Origin: an uncultured Pseudomonadota bacterium
Lineage (GTDB): Bacteria; SAR324; NAC60-12
Length of the DNA: 41,844 nt
Direction: 5' to 3'
Assembly (NCBI GenBank): GCA_913020725.1
Contig: CAJWCD010000010.1
Span: 1-41,844, forward strand
Under the pieces are notes generated by a model. The model worked only from the letters and a program-made list of their open reading frames with translations. It did no database searches and was not told the DNA's origin. The translations under genes were made by a program, and so were the position numbers. Of the stretch, positions 27,701 to 37,464 are shown piece by piece; position 1 is the stretch's first letter, and each line of letters starts with the position of its first letter.

Positions 27701-28451
27701 AAACTCCGCCTCCCGAAAGCGGTTCGGCGTCGCCGCGAAGGTCGGAGAAATTGGATCCAGTTCCGGAACCGTACTTGAAAAGCCGCGCCTCGCGGGTCCA
27801 CAAGTCCATGATGCCACCTTCGCGCACCAAATCGTCGCTCACGGACTGGATAAAACAGGCATGCGGCTGAGGATGCGTGTAGGCGTCTTCGGAACGTGTG
27901 ACTTTTCCAGAAACGGGATCGACGTAGTAGTGACCCTGCGCTGGCCCAGAGAGGCCGTAGGCCCAGTTGTGTCCGGTGTTGAACCACTGTGGCGAATTCG
28001 GTGCTGTCATCTGTTGGGCCAGCATGTGGCACAGTTCATCGTAGAACACACGGGCATCCTGCTCGGAATCGAAATAGCCGTGTTTGAAACCCCAGTAGGT
28101 CCAGCAACCTGCGAGTCGGTGGAAGACCTCGCGTGCGTCCGTTTCGGAAGTGGAACGCTCGTCGTCGGAAAGCTTGGACTGCTTGGCCTGATCCGGAAGC
28201 GAGGCCTGAAGCCAAGCCGGAATGCCCTTTTCTTTGGCGGATTTACGGTATTTGGGGATGCCCGCCTTGCGGAAATACTTCTGGGCCATGATGTCCGTGG
28301 CCACCTGCGACCACTGCTTGGGCACCACCGCCTTGTCCCATCTGGAGACCACGGTGCCGTCAGGGTTGCGGATCACCGACTCGCGGGTCTCAAATTCCAA
28401 GCCCTCGTAGGGACTCTCACCGTCCTTGGTGAAGCGTCGTTGAATTTTCAT
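24771..28451 (-). CDS. nrdJ: Vitamin B12-dependent (class II) ribonucleotide reductase with C-terminal TSCPD domain and Cys4 tail
   Basis: [43 protein letters not shown] and terminal CTTC...[14 protein letters not shown]. No intein-sized insertion. Confidence 0.97.
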   Translation of the reverse strand: MKIQRRFTKDGESPYEGLEFETRESVIRNPDGTVVSRWDKAVVPKQWSQVATDIMAQKYFRKAGIPKYRKSAKEKGIPAWLQASLPDQAKQSKLSDDERSTSETDAREVFHRLAGCWTYWGFKHGYFDSEQDARVFYDELCHMLAQQMTAPNSPQWFNTGHNWAYGLSGPAQGHYYVDPVSGKVTRSEDAYTHPQPHACFIQSVSDDLVREGGIMDLWTREARLFKYGSGTGSNFSDLRGDAEPLSGGGVSSGLMSFLKIGDVAAGSIKSGGTTRRAAKMVCLDVDHPDIEKFVNWKVKEEQKVAALVAGSKKLRELINELFAAIHGWSDDSEKFDPKKNRDLRKVIKAAQRAQMPFSYVERIIHLAKQGYTSVAFDEYDTDWNSEAYQTVSGQNANNSIRVSNEFMQSVESDGDWPLYWRTEKVKASNGERDPQPCKVLRAQELWEQITYAAWASADPGLQFDSTINEWHTCPADGPIRASNPCSEYMFLDDTACNLASLNLLKFRDPETGELDIEKFRHGTRLWTIVLEISVLMAQFPSKRIAELSYEFRTLGLGYANLGTYLMVNGISYDSPQALAICGAITAIMHTTSYATSAEMSKELGSFPGYERNRASMLRVLRNHRRAAFRVADSEYEGLMMKPMGIDSQHCPPDLLRAAQEDSDRALKLGEKHGFRNAQVTVIAPTGTIGLLMDCDTTGIEPDFALVKFKKLAGGGYFKIINQSIPPALRKLGYSESEVQDITHYVKGRGTLKGTPCINSESLCEKGFTDEALASVEAQLPVAFDISFVFNRWTLGDEFCKNGLGLSEEQLSDYQFSLLRHLGFSDKEIEAANDAICGTMTVEGAPYLKPEHYSVFDCANKCGKRGQRYIAPEAHIRMMAAAQPFISGSISKTINLPSHADVSDIKDAYQMSWKLALKCNALYRDGSKLSQPLNTGLADEVWDNLEDEELLPTQSPQVRVAEKIIHRYLAKRRRLPHRRKGYTQKAVIGGHKLYLRTGDYQDGTLGEIFVDMHKEGAAFRSLMNCFAIAISLGLQHGVPLEEFVDAFVFTRFEPNGMVQGNDTIKMSTSIIDYIFRELAINYLGRHDLAHVSPDDLRASETHLKGQSEPEFEGEQVISERTLSKQESEKFLEEQEDSSFAAANFGGSGIEDVDVAVLGASSTAKLSYADESGGATWQAVGRSQANLVQEARMKGYEGESCTTCGQFTMVRNGSCLKCASCGATSGCS

Positions 28452-28498
28452 GGCGGTAGCTCTGTCAAAAATAGCAGTAAAGACCCAAGCCCTTGCCT

Positions 28499-28608
28499 TC
28501 CTTGGCGCACGCTTCAGTCCATGAAGTGGGATTCCTGTGATCCGTCTGGCAAGTCAGCGCCGAGGATGCGTCCCGCATCCCGCGAACCGGCGGAGGTGGC
28601 GCCAAGGA
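28499..28608 (-). ncRNA. Candidate structured cis-regulatory RNA in the nrdJ 5' leader
   Basis: Perfect 10-bp closing stem UCCUUGGCGC/GCGCCAAGGA. It encloses CGCCGG/UCGGCG, GGAUGCG/CGCAUCC, GGAU/AUCC and CUUCA/UGAAG stems. Confidence 0.45.
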
Positions 28609-28684
28609 CGTCTAACAACGCCCGGACTTACCGAATCAACAGAAGAGATTGTCTTTCAATTCCCGAGGTATCGGGGAGAGTGTT

Positions 28685-28713
28685 AAGCTAGTGGAATTGG
28701 TTTTGGAAAGCAA
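28685..28713 (-). promoter_or_regulatory. Putative sigma70 promoter of nrdJ
   Basis: TTGCTT (28713-28708), 17 nt spacer, TAGCTT (28690-28685), with AT-rich sequence upstream. Confidence 0.45.
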
Positions 28714-28828
28714 CCGGAAAGATTTGCAGTCATTTCAATTCCAACAACGGAATTAACTGAAATCACAGCATAAAATTTTTCAAAAAAACGTCACAACTTC
28801 TCTAACCTGAGACTTCCCATGGCAAAAA

Positions 28829-30013
28829 ATGCCGGGGAGTCTCTTGCAAGTCACGTTCCTTATGCCACCGATCCCGACAACTCTCCGCACACTTTATCTG
28901 CATTTCCCGTTCTGCGCCCGCATCTGTCCATTTTGCGCCTTTGCTGTGCGCAAGGATCGTCCGGAGGTTCACGATGCTTATGGGGCCGGACTGCTTCAGG
29001 AATTGCGGTTGCGACTGAACCCAGCAGCCGAACCGTTGGCGCTGGATGCGCTTTACTTGGGCGGAGGCACCCCCTCCCGGATGACGGTGGCTGAACTGGA
29101 ACGGTTGTTTTGCGGACTGCGGCAGGAATTGACGATTGCCCCGCATGCCGAAGTTGCCTTTGAACTGAATCCGGAGGATGTTGACCCCAACGAACTCTCT
29201 GGACTCCAAGCGCTTGGCATCACCCGGCTCAGCCTCGGAGCGCAGAGTTTTCATGACGAAACGCTGAAGCGCTTAGGGCGGATTCACAATGCCCGCCAAC
29301 TTCGCAAAGCATTGGAAATCATTCAGGATTCCGGTTTTCAAAACTGGAACCTCGACCTCATGTTCGGAGTTCCGGGACAATCCCACGCGCAGTTTCTGGA
29401 GGATGTGGAGGAGGCGCTACACTGGCAACCCACCCACGTTTCGCTCTATGGGCTGGAGGTTCACGACGCCACTCCCTTTTCACGAGATAGCGAAATTCAA
29501 AGCTGGGCGGAAGGACACCACCCGGAATTCACGGAAATGTACCTTGCCGGAGTGGAACGCCTCGAAGCCACTGGGTTGCAGCAATACGAGGTTTCCAACT
29601 TCGCCCGCCCCGGAAGTGTGGGTCGGCAGAATCTACGAGTCTGGGACGGGGAACCGTACCTTGGACTGGGCACCGGAGCGCATTCCTTTGTCAAGGGTTC
29701 GCGTTGGGGAAATTTGCGGGCGTTGCAGCGTTATCTTGATGCTGTGAATTCAGCAACACTTCCAGAAGCTTTCCGGGAAACGCCAGATCGCCCCCAGCAG
29801 GCCAGCGAGTGGCTGATGCTCCAGTTGCGTCGGGTTGCAGGTCTCGATCTGGAGGCTTGGCGCGAACACTTTGAGATCGCGCCGCCGCTTCCGAATCAGT
29901 TGTTGGAACGGCTCCATGCCACAGGAAAAGCCCTCTGGAACCCGCCCCATTTGCGATTGACGCCCTCCGGATTTCTGCTGGCAGACGGCATCACCGCGCA
30001 ACTGCTGCCCTGA
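28829..30013 (+). CDS. hemW: Radical SAM heme chaperone HemW (HemN-like)
   Basis: LYLHFPFCARICPFC, GGGTPS, RLSLGAQSF, YEVSNFA and GLGTGAHS motifs; lacks the HemN N-terminal extension. Start may be 28862. Confidence 0.9.
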   Translation: MPGSLLQVTFLMPPIPTTLRTLYLHFPFCARICPFCAFAVRKDRPEVHDAYGAGLLQELRLRLNPAAEPLALDALYLGGGTPSRMTVAELERLFCGLRQELTIAPHAEVAFELNPEDVDPNELSGLQALGITRLSLGAQSFHDETLKRLGRIHNARQLRKALEIIQDSGFQNWNLDLMFGVPGQSHAQFLEDVEEALHWQPTHVSLYGLEVHDATPFSRDSEIQSWAEGHHPEFTEMYLAGVERLEATGLQQYEVSNFARPGSVGRQNLRVWDGEPYLGLGTGAHSFVKGSRWGNLRALQRYLDAVNSATLPEAFRETPDRPQQASEWLMLQLRRVAGLDLEAWREHFEIAPPLPNQLLERLHATGKALWNPPHLRLTPSGFLLADGITAQLLP

Positions 30014-30095
30014 TTCTGAGAACAGATCGACATCTGCACCAACTTCCAGCAAACTGGTTTGCACATAAATCCAAGGAAAATCAAGAGCGGAACGT

Positions 30096-30872
30096 ATGGA
30101 ATTACAGAAGGATCGCTTTCGGTTGGACGGCAAAACCGCACTGATCACTGGCGGGGCCAGTGGCATTGGCTTGGCAACGGCTACAGCGTTTGCCAACTCT
30201 GGCGCGGCAGTCGCGCTTGCCGACATCAATGCGGACACCCTCGCTGCTGCGGTCACTCAATTACGAGACTCCGGACAGCAAGTGAGCAGCGTTGCAATGG
30301 ATGTGTCCGATGAGGATTCCGTGGTGCAAGGCATTGCGCAAGTCCAAGAGGAGTTGGGGGCGCTGGAGATTTTGGTCAACAGTGCTGGCACAGGAGCGCG
30401 TATGGAAGCCACAGAACTTCCGCTGTCTCGCTGGCAACAGGTCATGGCTGTCAATTTGACCGGAAGCTTTCTCTGTTCAAGAGAGGCCGCCAAGGGCATG
30501 CTGAAGTCCGGAGGAGGAGCCATCGTCAATGTCGCATCCATCATGGGTCTGGTGGGAGGCGGTGTGTACCCAAATCCTGCCTACCAAGCCAGCAAAGGCG
30601 GAGTGGTAAACTTGACGCGCACCCTTGCCTTGGATTGGGCCCAGCGGGGGATTCGCGTCAACGCCGTGGCGCCGGCATTTGTGCGGACTCCGTTGACAAA
30701 AGCATTATTGGAAGAACCCGGCATGGAGGAGGCCTTGGTCGCCCGCACACCAATGGGCCGCTTGGTGGAGCCGCAGGAGGTTGCCGATGCTATTCTTTTT
30801 CTTGCCGGTGCAGCATCTTCAATGATCACAGGCCACACCCTTCCTGTAGATGGCGGCTGGGTGGTGCAGTGA
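30096..30872 (+). CDS. Short-chain dehydrogenase/reductase (SDR family)
   Basis: TGGASGIG, NSAG, YQASK and VDGG motifs. Confidence 0.95.
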   Translation: MELQKDRFRLDGKTALITGGASGIGLATATAFANSGAAVALADINADTLAAAVTQLRDSGQQVSSVAMDVSDEDSVVQGIAQVQEELGALEILVNSAGTGARMEATELPLSRWQQVMAVNLTGSFLCSREAAKGMLKSGGGAIVNVASIMGLVGGGVYPNPAYQASKGGVVNLTRTLALDWAQRGIRVNAVAPAFVRTPLTKALLEEPGMEEALVARTPMGRLVEPQEVADAILFLAGAASSMITGHTLPVDGGWVVQ

Positions 30873-31036
30873 TGTTTGGAGTTTTGACCCCGGGAGGACG
30901 AAACAGGGGGCTTTCCTTCAGAATCCCTACAAGCGAGATTTCCGCAGAAAAATCCACAAAAGACTCGCCTTTCCACGGTGAATGTGGTCTTTTTAGGAGT
31001 TTGATTTTCACCAAAGACTTTGGGCAAAGGCAGTTG

Positions 31037-32725
31037 ATGGACGCAGGGGGAAAGCAGCGCAAGGGCAGCGGTTTCCGGAAACCACGCGGCAAGGTGCGCG
31101 GACGTATCGTGGATGCGAAGGTGCGGGCGGAGGTGCGGGAACTGCTCGGAAATCTGCCGCGCCAACGCGATTTGCTGATCGAGGCACTGCATAAAATTCA
31201 AGACGCCAAGGGGCATTTGTCGGCAATGCACCTCGTGGCGCTGGCTGACGAGTACCGCCTTTCACACACTGAGGTTTATGAGGTGGCGACCTTCTACCAC
31301 CACTTTGATGTGATCAAGGAAGGGGAAACGCCTCCACCACCGCTGACCGTGCGCGTGTGTGATTCCGTGTCCTGCGCGATGGCCGGAGCCGCTGGTTTGA
31401 TTGACGAGCTCCAGCAATCCCTCGGCGAGGGCGTCCGGGTGCAACCCGTTCCCTGCGTGGGACGCTGCCAACATGCTCCGGTTGCCGTGGTCGGCCAGAA
31501 TCCCGTGGACGAAGCCACACCGGAAGCGGTGCAGCAAACCGTTGTGTCCGGAACCATCCGACCCACCCTGCCCGCGTACCAAACCTACGCGCAGTATCGC
31601 GCATCCGGAGGCTACCGGAGGTATCAGGAATGTCTTGCAGGCGAACGCACTCCGGAAGCGGTGGTTGCCGAGTTGAAAGAAGCTGGACTGCGCGGCATGG
31701 GCGGCGCGGGCTTCCCGACATCCACCAAGTGGGAGATTGTGCGGGGCTTTGAGGGGCCGCGTTTGCTGGCGCTCAACATTGACGAAGGCGAACCCGGAAC
31801 CTTCAAGGATCGCTTTTGCATGGAAAGCGAACCCCACCGCTTCTTGGAGGGAACGCTGATCGCGGCATGGGCCGTGGGCATCGAATCGGTCTATCTCTAC
31901 CTGCGGGACGAATACGCCGCCAGCCGCGAAATCCTCAGCCGCGAACTTGCCGCGCTGCAAGCAGACCCTCCGGGAGCGTTGCCCGACTTGCACCTGCGGC
32001 GCGGCGCGGGCGCGTACATCTGCGGGGAGGAATCCGCGATGATTGAATCCATCGAAGGCAAACGCGGGATGCCCCGGCTGCGTCCCCCTTACGTTGCGGA
32101 AGTCGGACTCTTTGGGCGACCGACGCTGGAACACAACCTCGAAACGCTGCACTGGATTCCGGAAATCCTTGAAAAAGGCGGGGCGTGGTTCGCCTCGCAC
32201 GGGCGCAACGGACGCAAGGGCTTGCGGGCGTTTTCGGTGAGTGGACGGGTCAACAAACCCGGAGTCCACATCGCCCCGGCAGGCACCACCATGCGCGAAT
32301 TGATTGACGAATTCTGCGGAGGGATGCAGGACGGTCACGAGTTCTACGGCTACTTCCCCGGAGGCGCGTCCGGCGGGTTGCTGCCCGCGTCGCTCGGAGA
32401 CGTGCCCCTCGATTTTGGCACCTTGCAGGAACACGGCAGCTTCATTGGCTCTGCCGCGATCATCGTGTTCTCGGACAAGGACCGCGCCCGCGACCTTGCG
32501 ACCAACGCGATGCGCTTCTTCCGACACGAATCTTGCGGGCAATGCACCCCCTGCCGTGTGGGCACCGCCAAGGCGATTCCCCTGATGGAAAAACCTAGCT
32601 GGGACAAACCTCTGCTGGAAGAACTTTCCCGGACGATGGAGGACGCTTCCATCTGCGGGCTTGGCCAAGCCGCTCCCAATCCCATCCGCACGGTGGTCAA
32701 TTACTTCTCTGAGGAGATCAACTGA
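31037..32725 (+). CDS. NAD-dependent formate dehydrogenase beta (diaphorase) subunit, fused NuoE-like [2Fe-2S] and NuoF-like FMN/[4Fe-4S] domains
   Basis: ATFYHHF, CDSVSC...CVGRC, LRGMGGAGF, DEGEPG, GAYICGEE and ESCGQCTPCR...ICGLG motifs. ATG at 31037 is preferred because the ORF-track start overlaps the SDR. Confidence 0.93.
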   Translation: MDAGGKQRKGSGFRKPRGKVRGRIVDAKVRAEVRELLGNLPRQRDLLIEALHKIQDAKGHLSAMHLVALADEYRLSHTEVYEVATFYHHFDVIKEGETPPPPLTVRVCDSVSCAMAGAAGLIDELQQSLGEGVRVQPVPCVGRCQHAPVAVVGQNPVDEATPEAVQQTVVSGTIRPTLPAYQTYAQYRASGGYRRYQECLAGERTPEAVVAELKEAGLRGMGGAGFPTSTKWEIVRGFEGPRLLALNIDEGEPGTFKDRFCMESEPHRFLEGTLIAAWAVGIESVYLYLRDEYAASREILSRELAALQADPPGALPDLHLRRGAGAYICGEESAMIESIEGKRGMPRLRPPYVAEVGLFGRPTLEHNLETLHWIPEILEKGGAWFASHGRNGRKGLRAFSVSGRVNKPGVHIAPAGTTMRELIDEFCGGMQDGHEFYGYFPGGASGGLLPASLGDVPLDFGTLQEHGSFIGSAAIIVFSDKDRARDLATNAMRFFRHESCGQCTPCRVGTAKAIPLMEKPSWDKPLLEELSRTMEDASICGLGQAAPNPIRTVVNYFSEEIN

Positions 32726-32726
32726 C

Positions 32727-35489
32727 ATGGACAGTTTCCCGACTAAAATCGTCCGCTTTGAGTTGGACGGCAAGAGCATCGAAGCGCTTCCGGACGAGAC
32801 CATCCTGCAAGCCGCCCAGCGCACGGGCGCGGAAATTCCGCACCTCTGCTACAAGGACGGCTACCGTCCGGACGGCAACTGCCGCGCCTGTGTCGTGGAG
32901 ATTGACGGCGAGCGCGTTTTGGCTCCCTCCTGCTGCCGGAATCCCACAGAGGGCATGAAGGTCAACAGCCAAAGCGAACGCGCACGGCATTCGCAGAAAA
33001 TGGTGGTGGAACTGCTGCTTGCAGACATGCCGAAGCAAAGTCAGTCGCCCTACACGCAACGCTCGGAACTTGATGTTTGGGCGGAAAAACTCGGAGTCAC
33101 ACAACCTCGGTTTGCAGGGCGCTCTCAGCCTGCTCAGGATGTTTCGCATCCGGCGATTACGGTGCAGTTGGACGCTTGCATCCAATGCACACGCTGTGTG
33201 CGGGCCTGCCGCGAGGTGCAGGTCAACGATGTGATTGGTTATGCGAATCGCGGCGATCACTCCGCCATTGTTTTTGACCTCAACGATCCGCTGGGAGTCA
33301 GCACCTGCGTGGCCTGCGGTGAGTGTGTGCAGGCGTGTCCAACCGGAGCCTTGATGCCTGCGGGAAACGTGGGACTGGAGGTTCCGGACAAGACCGTCGA
33401 ATCTTCGTGTCCGTACTGCGGGGTGGGCTGCCTGCTCACCTACCATGTCAAGGACAACCAGATTCTGCGCGTCGAGGGGCGCGAGGGTCCGGCCAACAAG
33501 AGTCGGCTCTGCGTCAAGGGTCGCTACGGCTTCGGTTACGTCCATCATCCGGATCGCCTCACTCAGCCGCTGATCCGACGCGAAGGCGTGCCCAAAACGG
33601 TGGAGCTTTTGAATCCCCGCGATTTCGACAAGGTCTTCCGTCCCGCAACGTGGGAAGAAGCCTTGGACGTGGCCGCCAATGGACTGAAGCGCCTCCGGGA
33701 CGAACATGGTCCACAGAGCCTTGCCGGGTTTGGTTGCGCGAAGGGCAGCAACGAGGAGGCGTATTTGCTCCAAAAGCTGGTGCGCACCGGCTTTGGCAAC
33801 AACAACATTGACCACTGCACGCGGCTCTGTCACGCCTCGTCTGTGGTCGCCTTGCTGGAAGGCATCGGTTCCGGAGCGGTGTCGAACCCGTTCACGGATG
33901 TCAAGGATGCCGAGGTGATCATGGTCGTGGGGTCAAACACCCCGGTCAATCATCCGGTCGCCGCCACCTTCTTCAAGAACGCGGCGCAGGCGGGCAAGGA
34001 TTTGATCCTGATTGACCCCCGGCGCATTGAGCTTGCCCGACACGCCTCCTACAGCCTCCAGTTCAACCCGGACACCGACGTTGCGCTCTTCAACGCGCTC
34101 ATGCACACCATCGTCGAGGAGGGCTTGTGCAACGAGGAGTACATCGCCAAGTACACCGAGGGCTTTGACGCGCTCAAGGAAAACCTCAAGGACTACAGCC
34201 CGGAGGCAATGGCCAAGGTCTGCGGCATCCCCGCCACAACCCTGCGTGAGGTCGCCCGGCGCTACGCGACTGCGAAAAACTCCATTATCTTCTGGGGCAT
34301 GGGCGTTTCCCAGCACATCCACGGCACCGACAACGCCCGCTGCCTCATCGCGCTGGCGTTGATGACAGGCCAGATTGGCCGTCCCGGAACCGGGCTGCAT
34401 CCCCTACGCGGGCAGAACAATGTGCAAGGTGCTTCGGACATGGGGCTGATCCCGATGGTCTTTCCGGACTACAAGCCCGTGGGCGATCCAGTTGCCAAGC
34501 AGTTCTTCGAGGAACTATGGGGCACAACGCTCGATCCTAACCCAGGATTGACCGTGGTGGAGATCACGGAGGAGATGCACAAACGCAACATCAAGGGACT
34601 CTATATCATGGGCGAGAATCCTGCGATGTCCGACCCCAACCTCAACCACACCCGCGAGGCGTTGGCGCGGTTGGAGCATTTTGTCATTCAGGACATCTTC
34701 CCCACCGAAACCGCAGGCTTCGCGGATGTCATTCTGCCAACCTCCGCCTTCCCGGAAAAGACCGGAACCTTCACCAACACCAACCGTCAGGTGCAGTTGG
34801 GACGGCAGGCGCTGGATTCGCCCGGAGAGTCACGGCAAGACTGGTGGATCATTCAGGAAATGGCCAAGCGGCTGGGGCTTTCATGGAACTACAACGGAGC
34901 GCCCGCTGTCTTCGAGGAAATCCGCAAGGCCACGCCAAGCATGGCGGGAATCACTTGGGAGCGTTTGGAACAGGACCATTCCGTGACCTATCCCTGCGAA
35001 AAGGAAGGCGATCCCGGCGATCCGGTGATTTTCACGGATGGCTTCCCGACTGCAAGCGGACGGGCCAAGTTCGTGCCCGCGAAATTCTCGCAGGCGGACG
35101 AGCTTCCGGACAAGGAATTCCCCTTTGTCTTCATTACCGGACGGCAGTTGGAACACTGGCACACGGGCAGCATGACACGGCGGACAGAAACGCTGGATGC
35201 AATCGAGCCGGTGCCGGTGATCAGCGTCCATCCCAGTGATCTTGCTCAACTGGGCGTCGCAGCCGGAACCACACTCACCGTGCAATCCCGACGCGGCCAA
35301 CTCACTGCCTTTGCACGGGGAGACCAAGGGGTTCCGGAGGGCAATGTGTACATGGCTTTCGCGTACAACGAAGCCGCCGCAAACCTGATCACCACCGACA
35401 TGTTGGACCCCTTCGGCAAGATTCCGGAGTTCAAGTTCTGTGCGGTCAAGCTCAGCGCAGGAGGCGACCCCGCTCCCCGGCTGGTGTGA
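32727..35489 (+). CDS. fdhF: Formate dehydrogenase alpha subunit (Mo/W-bisPGD, Cys ligand)
   Basis: N-terminal Fe-S motifs (HLC...GNCRAC, CIQCTRC, CVACGEC, CPYCGVGC), active site TRLCHAS, LRGQNNVQG and PEFK; GAGGAG RBS before ATG 32727. Confidence 0.95.
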   Translation: MDSFPTKIVRFELDGKSIEALPDETILQAAQRTGAEIPHLCYKDGYRPDGNCRACVVEIDGERVLAPSCCRNPTEGMKVNSQSERARHSQKMVVELLLADMPKQSQSPYTQRSELDVWAEKLGVTQPRFAGRSQPAQDVSHPAITVQLDACIQCTRCVRACREVQVNDVIGYANRGDHSAIVFDLNDPLGVSTCVACGECVQACPTGALMPAGNVGLEVPDKTVESSCPYCGVGCLLTYHVKDNQILRVEGREGPANKSRLCVKGRYGFGYVHHPDRLTQPLIRREGVPKTVELLNPRDFDKVFRPATWEEALDVAANGLKRLRDEHGPQSLAGFGCAKGSNEEAYLLQKLVRTGFGNNNIDHCTRLCHASSVVALLEGIGSGAVSNPFTDVKDAEVIMVVGSNTPVNHPVAATFFKNAAQAGKDLILIDPRRIELARHASYSLQFNPDTDVALFNALMHTIVEEGLCNEEYIAKYTEGFDALKENLKDYSPEAMAKVCGIPATTLREVARRYATAKNSIIFWGMGVSQHIHGTDNARCLIALALMTGQIGRPGTGLHPLRGQNNVQGASDMGLIPMVFPDYKPVGDPVAKQFFEELWGTTLDPNPGLTVVEITEEMHKRNIKGLYIMGENPAMSDPNLNHTREALARLEHFVIQDIFPTETAGFADVILPTSAFPEKTGTFTNTNRQVQLGRQALDSPGESRQDWWIIQEMAKRLGLSWNYNGAPAVFEEIRKATPSMAGITWERLEQDHSVTYPCEKEGDPGDPVIFTDGFPTASGRAKFVPAKFSQADELPDKEFPFVFITGRQLEHWHTGSMTRRTETLDAIEPVPVISVHPSDLAQLGVAAGTTLTVQSRRGQLTAFARGDQGVPEGNVYMAFAYNEAAANLITTDMLDPFGKIPEFKFCAVKLSAGGDPAPRLV

Positions 35490-36043
35490 ACACCCCGCCG
35501 CTGTTAGGGTTTTGCGCCCGTTCCGGGACGGGCAAGACCACCCTGCTCACTAAACTCCTGCCGCTGCTCAAAGCGCAGGGCTTGCGCATTGGCATGATCA
35601 AGCACGCCCATCATCAGTTCGACATAGATTACCCCAGAAAAGACAGCTATGAACTGCGCAAGGCGGGGGCGCAGGAAATGCTGGTCGCCTCCCGAACCCG
35701 CTTAGCGCTGGTCCGTGAAACTCCAGAGGCTCAAGCAGAACCGAGCCTTCCGGAACTGCTGAAACGACTCAGTCTGGATGAACTTGATCTGGTGCTGGTC
35801 GAGGGTTTCAAGTGGGGCGATTTTCCCAAGATCGAACTGCACCGCCCCAGCCTTGGACAATCCCTCTTGCATCCGGAAGTCCCCGGAGTCCTCGCCATTG
35901 CGACAGACGAACCCCTCGCCAATTCGCCTGCACTTCCCCAACTCAACCTCAACGCACCTGAAGCGATTGCGGATTTTGTGGTTCAGCATTTCAAGCTTTC
36001 TGTCTTGATAGTCCCCGCAAAAAATCAATCTCCGCACAGCTAG
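35486..36043 (+). CDS. mobB: Molybdopterin-guanine dinucleotide biosynthesis protein B
   Basis: SGTGKTTL P-loop, IKHAHH, KDSYELRKAGA and VEGFK motifs; GTGA overlap with fdh alpha. Confidence 0.93.
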   Translation: MNTPPLLGFCARSGTGKTTLLTKLLPLLKAQGLRIGMIKHAHHQFDIDYPRKDSYELRKAGAQEMLVASRTRLALVRETPEAQAEPSLPELLKRLSLDELDLVLVEGFKWGDFPKIELHRPSLGQSLLHPEVPGVLAIATDEPLANSPALPQLNLNAPEAIADFVVQHFKLSVLIVPAKNQSPHS

Positions 36044-36318
36044 CTTGAAAACAAGCTTGTTGAAGCCGCAACTTCCCGGACATTGACGCTTCAGGTTGTG
36101 CAGGAATTTCTTGAGAGTGCGGACAAACAAGCCGATGAGTCCGAGCTGGCGCATGTTTAAGAACACAGGCACCGAATCGAGTCGTTGCTGGGTGGGAGCA
36201 ACCTCGCAGAGTTTGGCGAGTTGTGTGGTGGGAATAAGGCTTTTCAGCAATACCGTAGCAGTCGGCTCTGTTTGCTGGTGTGTCGCGTGAAATATGTCAT
36301 TCTGAATAGGATCACCTG

Positions 36319-37464
36319 ATGAAAATGACCATGAGCCAACTTTTCAGCCCTTTCACTTTACGCAGCCTGACCTTGGAGAACCGTGTCGTGGTGTCACCGA
36401 TGTGTCAGTACATTTGCAACGGAGACGGTCAGATGCACGACTGGCACCTGATGCACTTGGGGCAGTTGGCAATGGGTGGTGCGGGCTTGCTCTTCACAGA
36501 AGCAACTCACGTTTCTGCCGTGGGGCGCATCTCACCCCGCTGCGCTGGACTCTGGAACGATGCACAGGAAGCCGCGATGAAGCGGGTGCTCGACTTCTGC
36601 AAGGCTCACGGCGTGGCCAAAACCGCAATCCAGCTTGCCCATGCTGGGCGCAAAGCCTCCACCCGCCCACCGAACCAAGGGGGCCAACCGCTTACAGGCG
36701 CTGAAGGCCGCTGGACTGCACTTGGTCCTTCGCCAGTTCCTTACGCCCCGGACTGGCCGAATCCAGAAGTGCTGGACCGGACGGGCATGAACGAAATCAA
36801 AGCAGAGTTTGTGGCGGCCACGGAACGGGCGGCCCGCCTTGGGCTGGACTTGCTGGAACTGCATAGTGGGCACGGCTACCTGCTGCACCAGTTTTTCTCG
36901 CCGCTTTCCAATCAGCGGCAGGACGAATATGGCGGTTCGCTGGAAAAGCGACTCAAGTACCCCTTGGAGGTGTTTGATGCCGTGCGGTCCGCTTGGCCTG
37001 CCGAGCGCCCGCTGGGCGTCCGGATCAGCGCCGTTGACTGGGTGGAGGGGGGCACCACCCTTGAGGACACCATCAGCTACACCGCCGCACTCAAGGAACT
37101 CGGTTGCGATTTTGTGGACATCACCAGCGCCGGGCTTGATTCGCGGCAGCGCATTTCCTTGGGCAAGGGTTATCAGGTGCCCTTCGCCTCGGCGGTCAAG
37201 AAAGCGGTGAACTTGCCGGTCATGGCGGTGGGGATGATCATCGAACCACAGCAGGCCGAAGCAATCATCGCCGCTGGTCACGCGGATTTCGTGATGCTGG
37301 CAAGGGGGATGATGTACAACCCGCGTTGGGCATGGCACGCTGCACACGAGTTGGATGCGGAAGTTGCCTATCCCGCGCAGTATGCACGCTGCTCCCCCAA
37401 GCGCTGGCCGGAAGCCTTCGATCTGATCAAGGAACCCCGGATCGCTTCCGATCAGCGGGTTTGA
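36319..37464 (+). CDS. NADH:flavin oxidoreductase / old yellow enzyme (YqjM/XenA-like)
   Basis: SPMCQY, QLAHAGRKAS, HSGHGYLLHQF and NQRQDEYGGS motifs. Confidence 0.93.
   Translation: MKMTMSQLFSPFTLRSLTLENRVVVSPMCQYICNGDGQMHDWHLMHLGQLAMGGAGLLFTEATHVSAVGRISPRCAGLWNDAQEAAMKRVLDFCKAHGVAKTAIQLAHAGRKASTRPPNQGGQPLTGAEGRWTALGPSPVPYAPDWPNPEVLDRTGMNEIKAEFVAATERAARLGLDLLELHSGHGYLLHQFFSPLSNQRQDEYGGSLEKRLKYPLEVFDAVRSAWPAERPLGVRISAVDWVEGGTTLEDTISYTAALKELGCDFVDITSAGLDSRQRISLGKGYQVPFASAVKKAVNLPVMAVGMIIEPQQAEAIIAAGHADFVMLARGMMYNPRWAWHAAHELDAEVAYPAQYARCSPKRWPEAFDLIKEPRIASDQRV

Noticed and set aside
24771..28451. Intein or intron in nrdJ
   Set aside because: The length is explained by the usual large class II enzyme plus TSCPD domain, and no splice-junction or homing endonuclease motifs were seen.
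28452..28828. Cobalamin riboswitch or NrdR boxes upstream of nrdJ
   Set aside because: No B12-box or GCCACTG-type elements and no convincing NrdR palindrome were found. A different structure is reported as a finding instead.
31262..33833. Long antisense ORFs (520 aa and 371 aa) opposite the formate dehydrogenase genes, and similar ones opposite xseA, nrdJ and the flavin oxidoreductase
   Set aside because: These are the expected shadow ORFs of GC3-rich genes and show no recognisable motifs.
32727..35489. Selenocysteine in formate dehydrogenase alpha
   Set aside because: The active-site residue is a TGT Cys codon and the ORF has no internal TGA.
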